Virus record (IMG/VR): IMGVR_UViG_3300032227_001145
Coordinates: 4,688 to 68,687 of that record
Source of the DNA: a virus
Lineage: Duplodnaviria; Caudoviricetes
Length of the DNA: 64,000 bases
Strand: one strand, 5' to 3'
Shown piece by piece: positions 58,628 through 64,000 of this stretch. Every line of letters begins with the position of its first letter. The stretch's first letter is position 1. The translations under genes were made by a program, and so were the position numbers. The notes under the pieces are model-generated. The model was not told the origin of the DNA. It ran no database searches and saw only the letters and a list, made by a program, of their open reading frames with translations.

Positions 58628-59581
58628 TTATTTTGATAAACTAATAATTCTATCAGAATTCTTATAAACTTTTGTCTCTATATGGTATTGCAAATCGACA
58701 TTCCATAATTCTTTTCCATAATAGAGAATCTTCGGAATTAACTTCTTAGCTCCGCTTCTGGAATGAGCAAATATGAATTGTATATTTTCTGGATAATCTA
58801 CCATTAGCCCCCTTAGATTATGCCAAACATATCCTAAATTCGATTTGAACTTTGATACTTTGTTGTCTTCTTCGATTTGATCAATGCAAGACTCGATAAC
58901 AACGAACATGTAAGAATTAAACCTGACACAACGATCCATCTCACGTTTGAATCTTTCAATATCTTTTCCGAAAGTTTGTCTAAAGTCATCTTGTGATTTT
59001 CTATCTACGAATGTTTTTGAATAATGTTCTCCACCAGCAGTATAGTCGCCAAAGTCTAATTTATTAGTGAAACTATTATAAAAAGAGAAGGGGAGCTTTT
59101 CTCTAGTGTCTACAAATATCTTAATGTCTTGACAATCTTTTGTCCAAAAATCTTCTGGTAAATTCTTATTAAATTGATTTTTTATTCCTAGTTCATTTGA
59201 GAACGAAGAATAAGAACCCCATAAGCGCCGATATGTTCTAATATCTGGCATCTCAGATAATTGATAAAATAAGTTTGGCGGTGCTATTTTTATTTTCTTA
59301 TGATCGAACTTATCTTTAGTTTTGGCTAAAAGATATTCTTTGCACTTTTTTTCTGGAGCAATAGATAGCCAGTCTAGATAATTCTCGAAACAAGAAAAGT
59401 CTTCATTAAAATATTGGTCATATGTTTTGAATGGAAGCAAAGAACCAGAGTAAAGATCTTTCTTTTTAAAATGCTTTACATAGTAATCACCAATGGTAAC
59501 AGCATGAGCCTTCAAGTGCAAATGAAAGCTTTTGCGGTTTTCAAATTCTTTACCACATTCTTTGCAAACAAAATCGTTCAT
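58628..59581 (-). CDS. C2H2 zinc finger fused to an ERCC4 (XPF/Mus81-type) nuclease
   Basis: CKECGKEFENRKSFHLHLKAH; VDTRE, GDY, DRKSQDD. Confidence 0.8.
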   Translation of the reverse strand: MNDFVCKECGKEFENRKSFHLHLKAHAVTIGDYYVKHFKKKDLYSGSLLPFKTYDQYFNEDFSCFENYLDWLSIAPEKKCKEYLLAKTKDKFDHKKIKIAPPNLFYQLSEMPDIRTYRRLWGSYSSFSNELGIKNQFNKNLPEDFWTKDCQDIKIFVDTREKLPFSFYNSFTNKLDFGDYTAGGEHYSKTFVDRKSQDDFRQTFGKDIERFKREMDRCVRFNSYMFVVIESCIDQIEEDNKVSKFKSNLGYVWHNLRGLMVDYPENIQFIFAHSRSGAKKLIPKILYYGKELWNVDLQYHIETKVYKNSDRIISLSK

Positions 59582-60639
59582 AACAACTCCTTCTTGGAAA
59601 TGCCAAGGATTCTAGCCTTGTAATCGTCCATGCTTTCAAGTCTGTCTGCTTCTTCTTCAATAAGCTTGTTTTGAAGCTCTGCCATTCTGATCATTCGGTC
59701 GCGCTCTTCTCTGTCTTGGAAGGCTTCAACCAAAGCAAAGATAGAGCCGTTCTCTTCGCCTTTAGCCTTAATGCGAGCAGTTCTGCTTCCGTTAAGATCC
59801 TTGGTTAATGACTCAATACGCTTTTCACATTGATTAAGTTCTTCGCTTGTAGCTTTGATAATTTCTGTTAGACGCATTGTAATGTCTCTTTCATTATCTT
59901 GGTCATCAAGCAGTGCATTTAGCTTGTCGATACGTTGCTGAATATGTTTCTGGCGCACGTAGTTTGTGCATACAGTAACGTATAGATTTAGTTCGTCATT
60001 AGTTAAATCTGGCTTATCCCAAATAGCACGAACAAACTCGCTTTCAAACAAGTCTCTATCAGCAAGCGTGGCATACTGATTAATGAAGTGATTAAATCTA
60101 GGACTACGAAGATAGATTATTAATTGCTCCATGAGCTTTTTCTGCTTCGTTTGAATTGTTAGTTCATCAAATGTTGTTCCACAGAAAGAATTAACTTTTG
60201 ATATAACGCGAGACAATGCTTTTGGAGCTACCCATTTTTCTTTTGTGACAATTTCGTTATCATCAACGATTTCTGGGCGATAGGTTCTTAAGAAGTCTAC
60301 TACTGTTCTATGTTTATTGCTCAGGCTCGCGACTGAGCGGTCTTTAAACACGAGTCTGGCTACTTCTAGTGCATTCATGCCGACTTCAATATTGTCGCTC
60401 ATGAGAAACTCTTTTTGCTCTTTTGTTAAATCAACGCCTTCGACTTTTGGAACAAAGCTTGTATTGTATTCTTTGTTTTGATTAGCTAAAAATGTTCTGA
60501 CAGCACGACCTTCTTTTGAGCGCCCATCAATTTCCTCGTTTTGAAAAACAATACGAGTAATCTGCATCAAATCAGGATTCTTTTTGAACTCTTTTAAAAT
60601 TTGTTCTTTTTGCTCGTCTGTCAGTTCGTAATGATTCAT
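59578..60639 (-). CDS. Helical protein, candidate terminase small subunit
   Basis: Duplicated N-terminal LTDEQKE/LTKEQKE HTH-like units and a C-terminal coiled coil; upstream of terL. Confidence 0.35.
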   Translation of the reverse strand: MNHYELTDEQKEQILKEFKKNPDLMQITRIVFQNEEIDGRSKEGRAVRTFLANQNKEYNTSFVPKVEGVDLTKEQKEFLMSDNIEVGMNALEVARLVFKDRSVASLSNKHRTVVDFLRTYRPEIVDDNEIVTKEKWVAPKALSRVISKVNSFCGTTFDELTIQTKQKKLMEQLIIYLRSPRFNHFINQYATLADRDLFESEFVRAIWDKPDLTNDELNLYVTVCTNYVRQKHIQQRIDKLNALLDDQDNERDITMRLTEIIKATSEELNQCEKRIESLTKDLNGSRTARIKAKGEENGSIFALVEAFQDREERDRMIRMAELQNKLIEEEADRLESMDDYKARILGISKKELL

Positions 60640-61313
60640 AATAGATCCTCCTCTTTGATTACTCTTTCGGCTATAAGGTAGAATTTCTTTTTGAGATTAT
60701 TTATTTGCTTATAGCGCGGAGTTTTTCTTTTGCTTGTATCTCTTTTAAATCCAAATCTTTTTGCAACTTCTTCTTCGGGGCTGTGATCAATAAACAGCAT
60801 TATGTATATTTGCTGATGCTTATCGCTTAGTTCATTAATAATGAGTTCGTGAATCTTATCTACTTTTTCACCATATTCAAAATGATCATCATAAACATTA
60901 TCATTAACAAAAATCGTGGTATCTAATAATAAAGGTATTTTTAAGTTGTATGCAGATTCCTTTTTCTTTTGCCACTTTGCATAAATCTTGCAGCTATTGT
61001 CATGCTCGCCACTCTTGGTAAAAGAACATTCTGTTCCTCCTAAAAAGTGTTCGCATTTTAAGCACGGTTTAGCAAAATTGGTATAATTGTTTCTAACTAG
61101 ATTTTTAATCTGATTAGAAACCAGTATGCTAACCCATGGCCCAAAAGCTCTGGTTTGATCCCACAAATGCCACTTCTTATAAATGTGCAATCTTATGATT
61201 TGGCATACGTCATCATAGTCTAACCATGAGAGAGCGTTTAATTGCCATTTTGCACGATATTTATTTAAGATTTCTTCAATTTGAGGAATGAGATCTTCAT
61301 ATTTTTTATCCAT
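60636..61313 (-). CDS. ECF-like RNA polymerase sigma factor with a Cys-rich insert
   Basis: DYDDVCQIIRLHIYKKWHLWDQTRAFGPWVSILVSNQIKNLVR (region 2); LSDKHQQIY..EEVAKRFG (region 4); CLKC..C..C between them. Confidence 0.78.
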   Translation of the reverse strand: MDKKYEDLIPQIEEILNKYRAKWQLNALSWLDYDDVCQIIRLHIYKKWHLWDQTRAFGPWVSILVSNQIKNLVRNNYTNFAKPCLKCEHFLGGTECSFTKSGEHDNSCKIYAKWQKKKESAYNLKIPLLLDTTIFVNDNVYDDHFEYGEKVDKIHELIINELSDKHQQIYIMLFIDHSPEEEVAKRFGFKRDTSKRKTPRYKQINNLKKKFYLIAERVIKEEDLL

Positions 61314-61698
61314 CGACTTCTATGACTCTTGAAGAAGCGCAGTCCGCTCTGTTTCTTTTTAGAATTTCCTCTCCTTGTGGAAGATTTGCCGCTGGTCTAG
61401 AAAAATTACCAATACTTCGTGCATCTTCTGGACTAGCTGATTTCCATAAATCTGTTAGAGTTATTTTGCTTGAGTTTGATTCTGCCACAATATCTCTTCT
61501 TAAACGACGAATATCAATATTGCCCATAATAGACTCTTCATATTCTTCACTCTCTTCTTCAACCACGACTGGTGCCTTAGCCTGTGAAACTTTTGCGGGA
61601 ACTCCAGCAACTGGAGTTCCGCAACTCGCACAAAACTTAGGCTTCGTGATCTCATATGGATTTTTAAATCCGCAGGATACACAGAAAACTTTGTTCAT
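61306..61698 (-). CDS. Double zinc-ribbon protein
   Basis: FCVSCG..KFCASCGTP. Confidence 0.7.
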   Translation of the reverse strand: MNKVFCVSCGFKNPYEITKPKFCASCGTPVAGVPAKVSQAKAPVVVEEESEEYEESIMGNIDIRRLRRDIVAESNSSKITLTDLWKSASPEDARSIGNFSRPAANLPQGEEILKRNRADCASSRVIEVDG

Positions 61699-61706
61699 GG
61701 TAAATT

Positions 61707-62387
61707 CTAAGTTATATTTTCAATTTTTTCTACTAAATAAGTGATTATTTTGTCTCTCACTATATCTTCTTTATCGAATCTTACGCTATGAATACCATGC
61801 TTGGCGCTTCTCTCATCAGAGAATAAATCAGCCATTCTATCAAAGCCACTATTGCGAATATCACTTTGCAATCCATCGCCGCAAATAAACAACTTAGTGT
61901 TGCGACCAATTCGGGTTAAAACAGTAGTGAGTTCTTTGATGCTCATGTTTTGAGCTTCATCTACAATCACAATACGATCTCTCCATGTGCAACCACGTAG
62001 GAAGTTAATTGGCTCTGCTTGTAAAACCCCCTTTGTTTTAAGCTGATCTTTTTCAGGCTTATTGAGAAGCTCATCAACTTTATCTAAAAGAGGAGCCATA
62101 TAAGGCCCAAACTTATCATCAATATCTCCTTTAAGAAAACCCAGTCCTCTATCTGCACTTTCTACGACACTTCTCAAATAAAGAATGCCCAAGTCTCTAT
62201 TCTGATTATATAAATCAAGAGCTGTATATACTGATAAGAATGTCTTTGCTGTTCCTGCTGGACCACCGATAAAGACTATCCGAGTATTCGGGGCTGATAA
62301 GATATCATAGAATTTTTTTTGTTTGGGAGTTAATTCTATATGACCTAGTAATAGGCTGTTGTCTTTTGGTTTAGTTGGTTTTGCCAT
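61707..62387 (-). CDS. phoH: PhoH-family ATPase
   Basis: GPAGTAKT, LGFLKG, LRGCT, IVDEAQN, GDGLQSD, DIVR. Confidence 0.92.
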   Translation of the reverse strand: MAKPTKPKDNSLLLGHIELTPKQKKFYDILSAPNTRIVFIGGPAGTAKTFLSVYTALDLYNQNRDLGILYLRSVVESADRGLGFLKGDIDDKFGPYMAPLLDKVDELLNKPEKDQLKTKGVLQAEPINFLRGCTWRDRIVIVDEAQNMSIKELTTVLTRIGRNTKLFICGDGLQSDIRNSGFDRMADLFSDERSAKHGIHSVRFDKEDIVRDKIITYLVEKIENIT

Positions 62388-62413
62388 TTATAATTGAGGC
62401 TTGTTTATATATT

Positions 62414-62419
62414 ATACAC
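62414..62419 (-). promoter_or_regulatory. GTGTAT variant at the head of the phoH-sigma-terminase operon
   Basis: GTGTATAAT, 26 nt upstream of the phoH ATG. Confidence 0.5.
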
Positions 62420-62604
62420 GATTTTTTTTTGTTTGTTAGAGTTGATTTTGGTTTTGTTTGAAAAAAGGGGTGGGTATGCAAAAAGGGAAATATATGGAGT
62501 TCACCACCCCCCCGCTGTTTCGCTGTCAAGAAAAATCTTCAATCGTTTGAAAAAACCCATCCCCTTGAGCAAGAAATGCGCAGTCTTTTTGAGCTAAAAG
62601 AATC

Positions 62605-62646
62605 AAAAAGATCTTGTGCCAAGTCGGTCCCCGTGCTACTCTTTGC
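62605..62646 (+). promoter_or_regulatory. Early promoter cassette, copy 1
   Basis: TTGTGC-N17-TACTCT with extended -10 TG; 38/42 nt identical to 63551-63592. Confidence 0.75.
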
Positions 62647-62669
62647 CCGTAAGGAAACCACTAAAGACC

Positions 62670-63020
62670 ATGACAACCACCACCACCCCGAAGTTCACCA
62701 CCGAAGTCGTCACCAAAGCAATCGACACGGAAACGAAAACCACACAAGGCAAGACTTTCTTTAACTACTTCGCCGCTCAAGACTTCACTGTCTACATGCA
62801 TTACAATCAAGTACGCGAATACAAAGCAGGCGATAAAGTTAACCTTGAGCCTTGCAAAGAAGGTTTTGCCGCTGTCGATGGATACGGTTGCCATATCATT
62901 GACGCAATCGAAACGAATGGAGTTAAAACAAATACGCATATCGTACCCGCTGAATGGATTATCCGTCGCGAGTTCTGCATTGTGCGCGAGTACAAAACAA
63001 CGGTTTTCGAAATCCTCTGA
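62670..63020 (+). CDS. Early hypothetical protein (116 aa)
   Basis: Start moved to ATG 62670, downstream of the promoter. Confidence 0.7.
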   Translation: MTTTTTPKFTTEVVTKAIDTETKTTQGKTFFNYFAAQDFTVYMHYNQVREYKAGDKVNLEPCKEGFAAVDGYGCHIIDAIETNGVKTNTHIVPAEWIIRREFCIVREYKTTVFEIL

Positions 63021-63050
63021 ATCACCAACTTAACTTAACTACATACTACA

Positions 63051-63308
63051 ATGAACATCGATCATACTAACTCCCCTGCTCAGATCGCCGCTTATCTTAT
63101 GGGTAAGACAATCCGATACTATGTAGGCAAGGGCCGAAGCTCTGTTGTCTCTGGTCCTATCCGTATCTTTAAGGTCGAGGGTGTGGATAAGGTTGCTTTG
63201 AATAAGAACAACGAAACTTATGTCACTGTCTTTACTAAAGACATCGATGACGGAGGCGAGCCTAAGTATCGTAACCTTATCCTTGGCTGCATCGAACTGG
63301 CAGTCTAA
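63051..63308 (+). CDS. Early hypothetical protein (85 aa), possibly SH3/WYL-like fold
   Basis: Clean ORF after an AC-rich spacer; beta-rich ending KYRNLILGCI. Confidence 0.6.
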   Translation: MNIDHTNSPAQIAAYLMGKTIRYYVGKGRSSVVSGPIRIFKVEGVDKVALNKNNETYVTVFTKDIDDGGEPKYRNLILGCIELAV

Positions 63309-63335
63309 TAAGATAAGCATAAGATAGCAGCATGT

Positions 63336-63467
63336 GCAACCCGCTGGTTCTCAGTGGGTTGCGTCGTTGCGTTGCGAGGTTCTCGTCGTCGTAAGTCGCT
63401 GAGTATCAACGAGTTACAGAGACGCGGGGGCGCGTTTTTCGTAACTCGTTGAAAATGAACGAGTTGC
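63336..63467. repeat. Three 27-bp 11-5-11 imperfect palindromes
   Basis: 63336-63362, 63391-63417 and 63441-63467; pattern GYAA-N5-TG-N5-(C/G)A-N5-TTRC. Confidence 0.8.
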
Positions 63468-63550
63468 GCAAGTTCCACCTTTACGTCGAAAGCGTTTTGC
63501 GTCAAGGAAAAAAGTGAGAATGGCGAAAAACTTTTTTCGCGAAAAGAGCG

Positions 63551-63592
63551 AAAAAGATCTTGCGGCACGTCGGTCCGCGTGCTACTCTTTGC
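63551..63592 (+). promoter_or_regulatory. Early promoter cassette, copy 2 (leaderless)
   Basis: TTGCGG-N17-TACTCT; ATG 6 nt after the -10 element. Confidence 0.75.
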
Positions 63593-63594
63593 GC

Positions 63595-63732
63595 ATGGAA
63601 ATCACCACCGACGCCACCCCCGCATGGATCACCGAACTACTCGCCGCCACTGGTCGCTTTGAAGCTCTTGTGGATCATGTCAACGCATGGACGGAAGAAT
63701 TCTGCAAAAAAGACGAAAAAGAAGTTGCTTAA
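63595..63732 (+). CDS. Early small protein (45 aa)
   Basis: Start moved to ATG 63595. Confidence 0.6.
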   Translation: MEITTDATPAWITELLAATGRFEALVDHVNAWTEEFCKKDEKEVA

Positions 63733-63781
63733 TCCGCTTTCCTGTTTTACTCTCTCCCTGTCAACGAACCACTCGAAACAA

Positions 63782-63961
63782 ATGAACTCCACCACCAACA
63801 CCGCCGACGCCGCCGCGCTCGAACTCGAAATCGAAAAAGAAATGCAACGCATTTCTGCGATGACTCACAAAGAATTCGCTGATGAGTTTTTGAATGGCAA
63901 CGACTACCCATATGGAGAATATGACCCATATGAAGACTACAACTGGCGAGATGACCGCTAG
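63782..63961 (+). CDS. Early small acidic protein (59 aa)
   Basis: MNSTTNTADAAALELE...DPYEDYNWRDDR; followed by a terminator. Confidence 0.6.
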   Translation: MNSTTNTADAAALELEIEKEMQRISAMTHKEFADEFLNGNDYPYGEYDPYEDYNWRDDR

Positions 63962-63968
63962 TCAAGCG

Positions 63969-63997
63969 AAATCGCTCCGAAAGGAGCGATTTTTTTT
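63969..63997 (+). terminator. Intrinsic terminator
   Basis: AAATCGCTCC-GAAA-GGAGCGATTT then a T run. Confidence 0.9.
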
Positions 63998-64000
63998 GCC

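Noticed and set aside
62501-62529. Minus-strand TTGACA facing phoH
   Set aside because: No plausible -10 element at 16-18 bp spacing (TGGTGA at 17)
62637-62646. Bacteroidota -7 promoter (TAnnTTTG) in TACTCTTTGC
   Set aside because: The spacing is TAnnnTTTG; a TTG-N17-TAnnnT sigma70 reading fits both copies better
1-64000. Stop-codon reassignment
   Set aside because: Core genes are full length in the standard code, and TAA, TGA and TAG all end genes (for example TAG for nrdA)
1-64000. tRNA genes, CRISPR array, integrase
   Set aside because: Intergenic gaps are short and showed no cloverleaf or repeat-spacer pattern, and no recombinase motifs were seen; tRNAscan and a CRISPR finder would confirm

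Overview
This window is about 64 kb of a large, AT-rich, apparently lytic tailed-phage (Caudoviricetes) genome, read with the standard genetic code. I found no integrase, tRNA or CRISPR array. Modules from left to right: (1) A minus-strand replication/recombination operon: ClpC-like ATPase, a DnaE polymerase split into a separate PHP gene and a core gene with a DEDDh exonuclease and a LAGLIDADG endonuclease between them, an AddB/RecB-like nuclease, primase, DnaB, a Vsr-like nuclease and RecA. (2) A sugar-modification cluster: Gmd, three methyltransferases and four glycosyltransferase-like genes. (3) Hsp20 and a ribonucleotide reductase with class Id signature residues. (4) Plus-strand sigma factor, glycosyltransferases, SSB-like and annealing-like genes, interrupted by two paralogous fibre-like genes. 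(5) A minus-strand virion and packaging module: tail tip, 1508-aa tape measure, tail tube, neck, capsid, protease, portal, terminase, second LAGLIDADG gene, C2H2-ERCC4 nuclease, second sigma factor, PhoH. (6) A GC-richer early region with duplicated sigma70-type promoters and three palindromes. The most interesting signals are a candidate virion O-glycosylation system (seven glycosyltransferase-like ORFs plus strong [S/T]-G dipeptide enrichment in fibre, tail and neck proteins) and a GTGTA(A/T) motif just upstream of many late genes, probably a phage-sigma promoter. All family calls come from motif recognition by eye; no database searches were run, and all counts are hand counts.
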